Below are positions 32,435-48,038 of a DNA stretch of 64,000 nucleotides, in pieces. A program made the position numbers and the translations under genes. Below the pieces are notes generated by a model, which worked only from the letters and a program-made list of their open reading frames with translations, was not told the DNA's origin and searched no databases. Source of the stretch: the human T2T-CHM13v2.0 reference genome, Homo sapiens; the NCBI RefSeq assembly GCF_009914755.1, contig NC_060925.1, one strand, 5' to 3'. Numbering within the stretch: position 1 is the first letter of the stretch; every line of letters begins with the position of its first letter.

Positions 32435-33855
32435 TAAAGCATTCAATGTTTTGCAGTCTCTAAAGTGGAGGTAGGAATGTAATACTCACAGAACTGTTAG
32501 GATGAAAAACCAAGAGTAGTATATGTAAAATACCTTGCATTGCCGGTACATTTAAGCCATTCAGGGATATTCTTTCTTTTAACCTGGGGTTTGAAGTATG
32601 GCTATGAATTTGAATATTATGAAAGGGGATTTGAGAATGGAGAACTACCTGGTTGAATGTCATTTCCTTTCATTTCGAGCCTATTTAAGGTAATTACTGA
32701 GTAATATCAAAATGAAACTTAAAGAATTGTTATTAGAGGGAAAATGACTAGCTAGGAGATTTTTCTTATAACAAGGTTATTGTTAATAAAGTTTTATATT
32801 GAAAAGAGAAATTACAAGTAATTTAGAATCTTGCCATTATTTTGTAGTTGAGGAAACCAAGATCCAGGTTAGTTACATACCAGTAAATTTCAGGACTGGT
32901 ACTAGACCTTCAGTGTCTTAACTTTTAAATGGATGCTCTTTTTCTCTCTGGTGATTTGAATGAGATAGAAAGATAACAGTAGCACAGAGGAGGAAACAGC
33001 AGAAGATGAAGAGTGCCTGGAAGAGATAATATGGTTTTAAATTACCTAAACTACAAGCTTAGAACAATAAAAGACTGTGATAACTGTTGTTTGTTCTTTC
33101 CCTGCCATTGTAATCTTCACCTGAAAATGTTTTTCGCCTCAATGGCATCAGGCATTTTTCCCACTTTGGAATAATGCTCCTTTTAAAATTTGGAAGACAT
33201 TGTGCATGTTAAGCAGGTCCTCTAGGTTCTTGAGAGGCATCTTTCTTATCCCTAATTTGATTATAAACTTTTCCTTGGCAGAAACCACATTCCCTATTAA
33301 AATAGGTCCTTCTGTTTACATAGTATATTTTACATTTTCATGTGCTTTCTATTCTTTTATCCTTTGTATTTATAGACTATAAAAAATGTTTATAAAAACA
33401 TAGATGGAAACATTTCAAGCGGCCTTAGTAAAAAAGAGAAGAAAAAATTTATAGAAAATGTTGCTTTAAACTGACATGTTTGTTTCCAGCATTTTGCCTC
33501 ATATGTCAACTTTGTCTTCTATGGCATTCGGGAACTAAGTCGTCTGTACTGTTTCATTTCAAGATAAAAAATTCATGGTTCTTTTTAGAGTTGTAGGATA
33601 ATTCTAGAAATGATCTAGATCTAGAATGATCTAGAAAAATTCAAATTATGTTCTGTGGAGCTTCAGTGTTCTGCAGAATTGTCTCAGGACGCAACACAGT
33701 CTTTTGTGTTGTTTTGGGATTTTATGTAAAATATCATTTGGATTTTGCTATTAGAAAAAACGTTTTTAAATTGTTGGTATAATTTAGCTCCATTTTACAA
33801 ACTAAGGAAATTATGGCCCTCAGGCTAAGTAACTAGCGTAGGGTATAATCCAGGA

Positions 33856-34159
<304 letters not shown>

Positions 34160-34785
34160 TAATCCAGGATTCTTAATGAAGTCTACTTACTACCAGCTCT
34201 GTGTTCTTTCTATTCTGTCGGGTTACTCTTTTATATTTTCTTGTAGCTATGCAATTTTTCATTTTTCCTGAATTCCCTCAGCCTTCCTGTTATAAAAAGC
34301 TTAATGAAGCTCCCATGAGAGATTGAAATAAATGACAAAATGTTACACTAAGACCTGTTAACTCTTTCCCTTGCACCTTTCCTTTAGAATAACGTTACTA
34401 ACATAGTAGTAGAAGTTCTTTATCAATATTAGAAACAGAGAAGAGCCCTGTCCTTAGAACCAAAGCTTAGAACAATTTTAGCAGATTTCAGTGTTGTTAA
34501 GAGCAGAACTATAGAAAATGTCGACCGATCACTGGGAAAGGAGGGAAAGAGAGTATAGAAGCAGTTAGGACAAGTAAAAAGGTGGTAGGATTCATGGATT
34601 GGGACTAACAGTGGGATTGTCATATCAGTGGATGTTGAAGTATTAGAGAGAGTGAACTAGAATATTAGGAGATAATGTTCAGAGAGAAAGATGCAGACAG
34701 TTGAGATTGTGGAAGGATTATAGTTACTGGTATGACAGTATGATGACAGGAGTGAAACGGCAAGGTAAGGTAAGTCACAAGATTA

Positions 34786-35143
<358 letters not shown>

Positions 35144-35788
35144 TCATTTATTGGTTTCTAATTTTCAGAAATTTTTGACTCACACTACATGAAAGAAGAT
35201 TGGAATTTAACTTTTAAACCACCGCACTCCTATTCTCATTCTCCCAAATAATTATGTTAAATCAGTAATCTAGTGTTTATTATAACTATAAAGATTGTCC
35301 ATAGATGAACCAAGTTCTGTATGGTGATTATATTTCCTTTTTAATACCTTTTCCTCCCTTAGGGCCACTAAATACCTCTTTGTTTTGTTTTGCTTAGTTT
35401 TCTGCATACCTATTATTTATCCCCAAAAGCTCCAGAAGGACTCTGAAACAACTCTATGTAAGCAGGTATGCTTGGTTATGTATTAGTCCGCATTTCTTCC
35501 CCATTAGAAGCATCCTTTCTGGGGCCTTACATCTTTCTGCTCCAATTTATATAGCTGCTACACAGCTTTCATCTTGAGACTTTGTTTTACTATCATCTTG
35601 AGAACTCTCTTCTACATTGGATCACTTGAGTCTTGGATCACTCCATCTTCTTGCTTTACCTCCTCATGCTGGTGAATCATATCCTTCATTTTCATGCTGA
35701 GAAAAGGGTGAATGAAATAAAGTTTTAGAGATGATATATGTCTGAAAATATGTATATTCTACTATCATACTTGGAGTATAGAATTCTT

Positions 35789-35867
35789 TTAGGTTGGTGC
35801 AAAAGTAATAGCGGTTTTGCCATTACTTTTGATTGCAAAAACTGTGATAACTTTTGTACCAACCTAA
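35789..35867. mobile_element. MADE1 (Hsmar1-derived MITE)
   Basis: TTAGGTTGGTGCAAAAGTAATAGCGGTTTTGCCATTACTTT...CTTTTGTACCAACCTAA, about 80 bp palindrome, TA on the right flank. Confidence 0.92.
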
Positions 35868-36567
35868 TAGGTTGGAAATTACTTTCATTAATTTTGAGTT
35901 GTGTAATTATTATTTAGCCTCAGTATTACAGTCGAGAATTCTGTGTCTCCCTTGATTTTTAATATTTAATCATGATCTGTTAGATCTGCTAGATCTCTAA
36001 AAACTTTTAAGATTTTATCTTTTTTTCCCCGGGATTCTGAAATTTCACAGTAGTGTATCTTACTTGGGTATCTTTCATTCTTTTTGGTGGATATTGTGTG
36101 GCACTTTCAGTTTGAAAGCTTATTTGTTTCAGATCCAATAAATTTCCTTGAGTTATTTATTTGATAATTTTCTCATGTCCATTTTTAGTGTTTTCTCTTG
36201 GTAGTTAAACCTCTTAGATTGATCCTGTGATTTTCTTTTGTCTATGGTTTCTGTCTTTTTGTTCTACTTTCTAGGAAATTTTTACAACTGAAAAATTTAC
36301 ATTTGATGTCATATTTTTAATTTTTAGAAGTTCATTTTTGTTGTTTAGTTTTTGAAAAACAACACCCTGTTTTTCTCTCATGGAGATAATACCATCTCTT
36401 AAAACTGAGAATATCAGTTTTAAATTTTCTTCTTGAATTGTCTCTACTACTTCTGAGGTCTCTTTTAAGATGTCTGCTTATCATATTGTATATTTGGGCA
36501 AATGTGTGGCCATCCATGGCTTTCTTAAGAATGAGACACTAAAGTAACCAATTTAAAGCTGTGTGTG

Positions 36568-36856
36568 GGCCAGGTGTGGTGGCTCATGCCTGTAAACCCA
36601 GCACTTCGGCAGGCCGAAGTGGGCAGATCACTTGGTCAGGTGTTTGAGACCAGCCTGACCAACATGATGAAACCCTGTCTCTACTGAAAATCCAAAAGTT
36701 AGCCGGGCATGGTGGTGGGTACTTGTAATCCCAGCTAACCTAGGAGGCTGAGGCATGCGAATTGCTTAAACCCAGAAGGCAGAGGTTGCAGTGAGCTGAG
36801 ATTGCACCACTGCACTGAGCAACAGAGTGAAACTCTGTCTCAAAAAAAAAAAAAAA
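36568..36856 (+). mobile_element. AluS
   Basis: TSD AAAGCTGTGTGTG. Confidence 0.93.
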
Positions 36857-37470
36857 GCTGTGTGTGTGGAGTTGCCCAGGTTTTGAACTAGTTGAGAGAA
36901 ACAAAGAAATGACTAATGGAAAATAAAATATCCATATTACTGAAAAAATAAGCTGTTTTTTGAGAGTATGGCTGGGTATGCAGCAAGAGTGGGGTTATGT
37001 CCAGTCTCTTGGATCACTGTAGGCCCCGATCTGTGTAAAATTTAAAGCAGGGAGGAAAAGAGCAAACTACTTCCATTGAACAGCCTGGCTTTCAACAGAA
37101 AAGAAGGAATGGGCTATGTTCCTCATGTCCAGTTTGTCTTCCAGAGTCTCCTATCAGATAACAGATTCTGAGGTTTGAATAAGAGTATTGAGGTAAAGAC
37201 CTATCCAGATATTTAGGGAAAATGGGGAAATTATTTCTCATAGCAACCATGGCAGTGAGAAAGATGCTTTCTCCCTAGAAAAGGATAAAAATGCATGCAG
37301 CCACCATACCTGGTCACAGATTTTTTAATGGGGAGTAAAGCACTATAATATAGCAGAACAAGAGTAGGAATACAAAGATACTTTTAATTTTTTACATGTT
37401 ATAAACTGTCTGACACTGGGAGTATTGTTTCATCTGAGATACTGTTTTTTAACTTGTAACAAAGCTGTAA

Positions 37471-38887
<1,417 letters not shown>

Positions 38888-39028
38888 GTATAGAATTGCC
38901 TACTTTTTTTTCTTTTTTGTTTCTGTTATTTCTTGAACATCAGGTACTCTCTGATATTCATTAAGGATGACTTTTATTCTTCCTTCCAACATTTGCCATC
39001 ATTATGAGGGATTTAAAATATCTGCATA

Positions 39029-39365
39029 CAGTTGTCCCTTGGTATCCATGGGGAACGATTTCAGGACTCCCTCTCCCTGTACCAAAATCCATGGATGCTC
39101 AAGTCCTTTATATAAAATGGTGTATTTGCATATAACCCACACACATCCTCCTGTATACTTTAAATCATCTCTACAGTAATTATAATACCCAGTGCAATGT
39201 AAATGCTATATAAATTATTATACTGTATTGTTTAGGGAATATTGACAAGAAAAAAAAGTCTACATATTCAGTACAAATACAACTATCCTTTTATTCCCCA
39301 AATATTTTCAGTCGTGGTTGGTTTAATCCACAGATAAGGAACCCACAGATACAGAGGGTGGACTG
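39029..39365. mobile_element. MER2 (Tigger MITE)
   Basis: TA|CAGTTGTCCCTTGGTATCC...GATACAGAGGGTGGACTG|TA. Confidence 0.85.
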
Positions 39366-39497
39366 TATATGTAAACAACCCATATAATATACCACTATTT
39401 AAACTTCTTTGAACTCCTGAACTCTGGTATACCTTTACTCCTTTGTCATTTTAAATGAACTGTGCTACACAAATTGAAATCTTAAATTCGATATACC

Positions 39498-39796
39498 TGT
39501 TGGGCACGGTGGCTCACGCCTGTAATCCCAGCACTTTGGGAGGCTGAGGCAGGCAGATCACCTGAGGTTGGGAGTTCAAGACCAGCCTGATGAACATGGA
39601 GAAACCCCATGTCTACTAAAAATACAGAATTAGCCAGGCATGGTGGCACATGCCTGTAGTCCCAGCTACTTGGGAGGCTTAGGCAGGAGAATCACTTGAA
39701 CCCGAGAGGCGGAGGTTGCGGTGAGCCGAGATCATGCCATTGCACTCCAGCCTGGGCAACAAGAGCGAAATTCTGTCTCAAAAAAAAAAAAAAAAA
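39498..39796 (+). mobile_element. AluSp-like
   Basis: Full dimer with A tail. Confidence 0.93.
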
Positions 39797-39863
39797 ATCA
39801 ATATGCCAGCCTTTCACCAATTCTCTTGTTGTCCTGAATGATAAACTACAGAAAGCACCTAGA

Positions 39864-40012
39864 ATAATTAGCCAAGTTTGGGGCACAAGCCTGTAGTCCT
39901 AGCTACTGGGGAGACTGAGGCAAGATTACTTGAGCCCAGGAGTTGAATACAGCAGTGAGCTGAGACCATGCCACTGCATTCCAGGCTGGGCAACAGAGTG
40001 AAACCCTTTCAT
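39864..40012 (+). mobile_element. Alu right monomer
   Basis: Diverged right arm. Confidence 0.8.
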
Positions 40013-40335
40013 TAATTAGCTAACTAATTAATGCACCTAGGATAATACCTTGTACATAATGGTATTCAGTAAACGATAGCTCTTGTTATTGTTTTTCTTC
40101 TAGCTGTTTTTTTTATTATCACAAAGCTAGATATTTGATCAAATATTTCCATTTCCTTGATTCTTCAGGATATTTTCATGCTATCAGCCCCTTCCAAACT
40201 TAATTTTCTTCTCTATTTACCCTAAAACCAATGTTACTCTGAAGCATTTCTTTACTGATACTGCCACAGCATCCTTTGACCTTATCTTTATACCTACCTG
40301 CTGTGGAAACTCCCAATAGCAAATAATTTCTATTC

Positions 40336-40388
40336 TGCTTCTCTACTCTATATCCTGAATGTTGCTTCTCTGCTCTATATCCTGAATG
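40336..40388. repeat. 27-bp tandem duplication
   Basis: TGCTTCTCT(A/G)CTCTATATCCTGAATG twice. Confidence 0.9.
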
Positions 40389-40974
40389 ATCACATTTACT
40401 ACTGCAAATTTTAGTTTTCAATCTTAGCTAGGCTTGTAAAAGTTATCCCACATTTTACATTTTTATTTCATTACCAGCAACTTTTCTTTTGCCTGTCTCT
40501 TCAAGTTTTCTACCCCACGTCAGACTCCTTTGCTTTTGTTTTATAGATTAGATTTAAGACCATCAGACCTCAGCTTTCTCCTATCACCTGCTAATTTTTT
40601 TGTATCTTCCTCCTTGGTTTCAGAGAACGAAGTCTCTCTCTTTCCTGTTTACAGTCTATGATCATTCAAGTTGCCCTCTAGTTTCCATTCTTTCTAGTCT
40701 CCTATAGCCTTGTTTCATAAGTTAGCCCTATTAGCACCTATATTTTTAACCACTTCTTTCTTCTGATATCTTATTCTTGTTGGATATACTCACATTCCTC
40801 CCATTAAAAATTTTTATTTTGCTTCGTCCTAGCTCTATTGATAGGTCTTTCTTTCACAGACAAGATTCTTGAAAAATAAGTTGTGTTCAGAATCTGTTCT
40901 TCCTCACCCTCCCATATGTTAAACTGAAGTTTCTACTGCCATTATAGGTTCTGAACAAAAAACCTTATGTATAG

Positions 40975-41430
40975 TGTCTAATTTAATCCTCACAATAATC
41001 TTATGATATACATACAATTATTTCTATTTTAGAGAGTACTGAGGTTCCAGGAGTTTCAGTTAGTTTTCTCAGGCCACACAGCTAGAAAGTGGTGGAGCCA
41101 GTAATCAACACAAGCATCTCTCACCAAAGTCAAGTCTGTCTGAAGCCACGGCTTTTGTTCTTCATTAGAGTTAGCAAACTTGTCTCTATTTCTAGTCTAT
41201 CCTTTTGGCAGTGTAGATTTTCTTCATTGCATATCACAATAATAATAAAAGGCGACATATTGAGATTGACTTATGTACTGGAGTTGTATTAACTCCTTTA
41301 ATTCTCACACAGCGCTGCAAGGTTGATACCATTAACACATATTTTACAGGTGAGCAATCTGAGACCCAGCAAAGTTAAATAACTTGCTCACGGTCACAGA
41401 ACTACTAAGTGGTGTGGGATTAAGATTTAA
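40975..41430 (-). mobile_element. Two MIR fragments
   Basis: ATTTAATCCTCACAATAATC and ATTTTACAGGTGAGCAATCTGAG cores. Confidence 0.65.
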
Positions 41431-41514
41431 CCTATTTGTTCTACAAACATTTATTGAGTGTGCATGCATACGCAAGGCAGTTTGATCCCAGTGCTTTTCT
41501 TTTTAGCAACTATA

Positions 41515-41737
41515 CAGGTTGAATATCCTTTATCTGAAATACTTGGGACCAGAAGTATTTTAGATTCCAAATTTTTTTTCAGATCTTAGAATCTTTGCAT
41601 TTAAAAATGCAAACTGATTGAGCATCTGAAAAATTTGAAATCCCAAATCCTCCAATGAGCATTGCCTTTCATTGTCATATTTGTGCTCAGAAAGTTTCAG
41701 ATTTTGTAGCTTTTCAGGTTAGGGATACTCAGCCTGT
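41515..41737. mobile_element. MER46/Tigger4 MITE
   Basis: TA|CAGGTTGAATATCC...GGATACTCAGCCTG|TA. Confidence 0.85.
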
Positions 41738-42463
41738 ACTGCCTGATGTGATCCAATCCCTACCCCTCCTTACACCGAAACCCTTTAGTACCAGCCTGTA
41801 ACTTCAAGTTAAAGACCAAATTCTACTCCAAGTCATGCTAAGCTCCTCATGACTTATCTCTGCCCATGTTTTCATTCTTATTTCTCACAGCATTTCTACT
41901 TATATTCTAGGCTTTAACTATATGAAACTGTTTCCTATCCCTATGATGTACTATATACTTCCTTACCTTTGTATGTTTTTTCCCCTCTGATGACTTTGTC
42001 CTCTCCTTTAATCTTTAGATATAGCTCTCAAAACCCAATTTGAGCAATTATGATATTTTTTGATCTTCCTACTACCTTTCCCTTACAAAAAAATTGGTCA
42101 GCTCTCTGTTTTGTGTCATTGTGCATATTGTATATGCCACTGTATTGCCAGTATTGATTTACATTTCTGTCTCCCAGAATTTCCGTCTTCCAAAGCAAAA
42201 CTGTGAACTATTTGAGAGCAGGACCATATGTTACTTATCTTTGTATCTCTATCACAGAAGACACTTAGTATACATATTCACTAAGTATTAATGGGATGAA
42301 TGAAAATAATTAAAACTGAAAAGGAGGTTTGCTCAACCTTTTTTTTTTTTTTTGCTGCAGCATACCCAAAGAATACAACACACTCTAGTCAATACAGTGA
42401 TTCCCAAATAGATACAGGTCAGAATCTGAGAAGGGAGGGCAGGTATAAATTTGAAAATGTCAG

Positions 42464-43066
<603 letters not shown>

Positions 43067-43257
43067 GAGAGAATGTCTTCCTTACCTACTCTCATCTGGC
43101 TCCACACAACTGAATCTGATTTAATTATCTGTGCCTCACTTGTTATTAGGAAATCACTGCTCTACAACATAGTGTAGACATTTTAGCTTTTTCTTACCTC
43201 TCTGATCTGTAAATTAATACTCAAGGCCTCCATTTAGCACTGTGAGAAATGTAATAG

Positions 43258-43375
43258 AGACCAGGCACAGTGGTTCATGCCTGTAATCCCAGCACTTTGG
43301 GAGGCTGACATGGGAGAATGGTTTGAGACTAGCCTGGGCAACACAGCAAGACTTCATCTCTATTCTATAAATAAA
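43258..43375 (+). mobile_element. FLAM/Alu monomer
   Basis: Left monomer with deletion. Confidence 0.8.
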
Positions 43376-43599
43376 TGCACACAAAAAAGAAAACAATTTT
43401 TAAAATTAGTGAAATTTTAAGAAGAATTTTTAAAAAGAAATGCCAAAGAATGCAAAAGCACCAGAGGTATTCCTTCCATAAAGGACCCTAAGGCCTGGTA
43501 GGTTAAAAATAAATTGTTTGAGACAAAATAAAAAACTATTAAATTGTATTTCAGAAGCTTAGGGGAATAATAATTCTACCAACATGAGCTTGCATACAA

Positions 43600-44280
43600 A
43601 ATTTTAAAATACATGAGGATATAGCCACCATGACCAAGCAGAAGCAGATAATGGGATTATTAAATATATAATATAAAATATTTTAAAGTTTGTGTTTAAA
43701 TATTTAAATGATTATAGTATTTAAAGAATAGAAGAGTTTGAAAACATGAGCAAAGGATAGGTGATGAGCCAAAAAGACTAAGCAGAGTTTTAAAATAAAT
43801 AAATAAAATGAAATTTTAGATGTCTGAAATTTGCTTCAAATAATTATGGGGGAAACGTGGAGATGAAACATTATTGACCATTATTGATAAATTGTTGGTG
43901 CTGATGACAAAGAGAACCAAGTAGAACTAAAAAATAGGAAATATAACTTCTGAAATGGAAAACTAAGAGGATATGTTAAAGAAAAGAAGAGAGAGTTAGT
44001 GGCCTGAAAGTGCTAAAGAAGTTGCCCAGAATACAACACAAAAAGATTAAGAGATGAAAAATATGAAAGAAAGATTAAGAGACATGAAGGATAAACTAAG
44101 AATGACTAACACACGGAGTGGAGTTCCAGAAGGAAGGATTAGAAGGAATGGGGCAGAGGCCACATCTGAAGGAATAATAGCCAGTAACTTCCAGAATGAT
44201 GACAACCATGAGTCCTCAGATTTGAGAACATAAGTTCCTACAAGGATACATAAAAAGATAGCTGCGTTCAAAAAACCTTG
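43600..44280 (+). mobile_element. Old L1M ORF1 fragment
   Basis: A-rich; GGAGTTCCAGAAGGA...GAAGGAATAATAGCCAGTAACTTCC. Confidence 0.65.
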
Positions 44281-44819
44281 GGGAAAAAATGTGGGCTGGA
44301 TTTAAAGGATGCCTTTGTAGAAGAGATGGATGTTTAACTTGCCCTTGATGAGGAGAATTTGGACTGGTATGGGGGAAAGAATAGTAGGAAAATCTTATGT
44401 AACAATATAGGTTTGAGTTGGAGAATAAGATATAAGATTAGAAATAGAAGCTATATATGTAAAGACATGGAGGCAGAAAAGTATACAATAGGTTTGGAAT
44501 AATTAGGAGTCTTTGGAACTTTTTATATGATGTGGATTGACATAGGAAGCAGTTGTGCATAGTTGATAGAGCATAGCAGTTTCTATCATAGTTGTTTTTG
44601 TCTTTCCTATAAAGGGAGCAGAGGCAGTAACCCACATCTATAGCAGGCCGACTTTTCCTGCCAAGATCATGGCCTTAATAGTCTCCATTATCTCTGTCTC
44701 CTACTGTTGTCTCTGTATTTCTCATCCTCCCATATGATCCCAAAGTTTCCCTCTTTTTGTCACATTTGTTCCAGCTGGAGAATCACTCTCATTGGACTGC
44801 TGAACTGAAAACATATATT

Positions 44820-45312
44820 ATTGTTTCTTGAGGTGGTGGTTTTCTGTTTTTCCCCAGTGGATTCCATTGTCCTTCCTTCCCTGTCCTACCCTGTTTTTGG
44901 GCTGATGACTACAAAGTTCACTTGAATTACTTGGCTCTGACTTACAATGAGAGACACTGTTAAGAGATCCAAGAGCCAGGAGGAAAGGAAAGTCGCAGTG
45001 TGTATTTCCCTTTCTCCTTCCTTGCCTTGCCTTGCTTTTCACAACAGCATTCATCTATGGCCACCAACTCCTGTCGGGTAGTTCCTTTTTTAAGATTTAG
45101 TCTAAATCAGATTCTGGCAATGATTTAAGTTCCTCTTGCCCCTTCAGGCTAAGAGTGATAATGGATTTCTACTGTTGCTTGTCCTCAGATTCTTTTCATT
45201 CCTTGTTGGTTTAACTTTAATCACATCTCCATAAGTAGCCAATTTAAAAAACTCTCTTTAGTTAAACTCTTTCAGTGTACTATCTGCATGCTGCTAGGAC
45301 CCTCACTGATAA
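44820..45312 (+). mobile_element. LTR33-like ancient ERVL solo LTR
   Basis: 3' part CCCCTTCAGGCTAAGAGTGATAATGG...CTGCTAGGACCCTCACTGATAAA resembles the LTR33 3' end; 5' boundary approximate. Confidence 0.65.
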
Positions 45313-46308
45313 ATTTCCAAAGCCTATGTTGTCCTCAGAGGCACATTGAAGACCAATATCATCGCTCGTGTACACGTTTGCAGAAATCTCATCTTTCCTC
45401 AGCTCTTGAATTTTCCAGGTATTGAGTTTATTCTGTTTTTTAGTGGCAACAGAAAGCTTTTTTGACCTTTCTTTTCTTTTTGGCGGTGGAGCCTGGTTCT
45501 CATTTTCTTCTTTTGCCCTTTTCATTTCAGCAGTGGAGCCCAGCTCTCCACTTCTATCAAAGTTTCCAGACTTTCTCAATTCAGTGTCCTCAGTGTCCTT
45601 GTAATGTTTCTGCAGTGTGTCCCTAGACCTAAAGAAATACCCAACAGTTCCATTTATTAAGAAGTGCTTACTAGTTAGTATTTTAAGTCTTAAAACAGGA
45701 GTTTTTGAAAAATACAAATACTGAGAGAAAACGTAATATTTTTATTCCATTAGTACATGATTACAATTAACTAATGGGACATGTCTGCCTGTTGTACACT
45801 ATATAACTTCCCACATCTTGGGATCATAAGGATAACTGCACTCTCATGTCTTCTTCCACAGTGATTCTTCATAGGAAGTTGCTTTTTATTGTTGAAAACC
45901 CACCTTAGCAAAGATGGGTTTATGACATCACCAGAAGGAATATGGAATATTCTAATGTTGAAACTATGAACTACCTTTCGCTAGTAGTTCTCACAGTGTC
46001 CCATAGATGTCGCTGTGTTCCCTATGAAAAGTGAAAATACTCTCTGGCACCCCAGGGCTCCTCAGTGAACACTTCGAGAACCTCAGCATTCTTTGTGCTA
46101 ATTCTTTTATGATAGATGTGTACTGTTCTTTTTTCAATTGCAATACATGTTTTAATTTGTTGCTTTCTACCACACATAAGGCTGATGCAGTGTCTCTTAC
46201 CTTTTTTGTTTACTTTCAGATCTTAGACTTCAGATAAGACATGCAGATTCTTTAAGTCTACCAAGCAGTTTTCTCTTTGATTCTAGATTCAATTCATAAT
46301 AAGACAAA
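45313..46308 (-). other. Candidate antisense exon pair (46308-46201 and 45628 to about 45313), possible decayed nested gene
   Basis: Minus-strand tttcag|108 nt|gtaaga, 572-nt intron, tttctttag|; the junction is in frame with ORF 45280-45717; one TGA in the first exon. Confidence 0.3.
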
Positions 46309-46513
46309 CTGAAACACAAGTTGGGACAGTACCTATCTCAACTTGTACTGCTCAGCTTTTTTTGGTGGTAGTTTTACTCCGTCTAGAATATCGTTGCTCC
46401 TAGAGTTTGAAATTATCTAACAGCATGCCCTTGCCTTGTGTAACTGACCTGCTTCATCTAGAAAATTGCCGGCGTACCAGCAATCACACTTGCATTTTAA
46501 ATTCTAAACATTG

Positions 46514-46833
<320 letters not shown>

Positions 46834-47087
46834 TTAGTGACATCTTCTTATGCAGAAGCTTCAGTCTATCTGTATGGTACCTTGTTTTTCAGATACCATG
46901 TGACTGTTTTACTTATTCAAACCATGCTGGATGTTAGGATTTAAAGTGGGATTGAACACAAGTGGTGGAGTACTAACATAAAATATCTCTAGATCACAGC
47001 CCCACCCTCCCACTTATGTTGTGAAGAAAGTAACGCTCACTGGGAACAGTGCAAAGTAACAAAAAATGAAGAGCTTTATATGTAAAA

Positions 47088-47637
47088 TGTTAGAAACAGA
47101 TAATCGGTGCCGTGAAGAAAAGTCAGCACGGAGACAAAGGATCTCTCAGCAAGGCAATCTTTACTTTCTGCAGAAAGCGTGCCCCTCGCAAATGGAACAA
47201 TCGCGAGAGCACACCTGAACAAAGGAAAAGCAGACATATATATCCCTTATGCATTTGGGTTGTCCTTACTGCTGTGTCCTGCATCCATTGGCTGGAGCTG
47301 GACCTCACAGTCTTAAACTGATTACTGATTTGCTAATAACCTAAAACTTTCCTAAATAGGTAAATGCAAAGGAGAACAAAGAGGAAGAGGAAGTTGCTTA
47401 TGAAAGGTTTAAGGAAGCAACAACATTTCCAAATAAGGAAGGGGCATAAGCTGTGAGCTAAGACTTGCCTGGGCCTGTCCAGACATGCTTGAGTAAGCCA
47501 AAGCAACTAACTGGGCTAAAGCGTAAGAACTGATAGTTGATAGGAGGCTTTAGAGTAAGGAGCTATTATTCCTAGTGTCTTTTATTTTATTTTTAAATCA
47601 AGATGAGCTTTGAAGAGGAACTTTTCTACTTTCTACA
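47088..47637 (-). mobile_element. Solo LTR, LTR10 family (ERV1/HERV-I), antisense to PKN2
   Basis: TG...CA termini, 550 bp, 5-bp TSD TAAAA on both sides; minus-strand CCAAT, TATA-like and AGTAAA elements; subfamily not assigned. Confidence 0.82.
47461..47490. promoter_or_regulatory. p53 response element, three contiguous half-sites
   Basis: AGACTTGCCT GGGCCTGTCC AGACATGCTT against RRRCWWGYYY: 10/10, 9/10, 10/10, no spacers. Confidence 0.75.
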
Positions 47638-47696
47638 TAAAACTTTAATGTAGAGTATAGAATTCTAGGAAAGCTAGCTTAAGGTCTGTGAGGTGA

Positions 47697-48038
<342 letters not shown>

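Noticed and set aside
33470-33545. Possible poison exon after ctgac...tttccag
   Set aside because: Acceptor-like sequence only; no credible donor nearby.
45300-45310. Minus-strand donor TCA|gtgagg closing the antisense ORF exon
   Set aside because: It lies within the LTR33-like terminus, so it is not evidence for an ancestral exon boundary.
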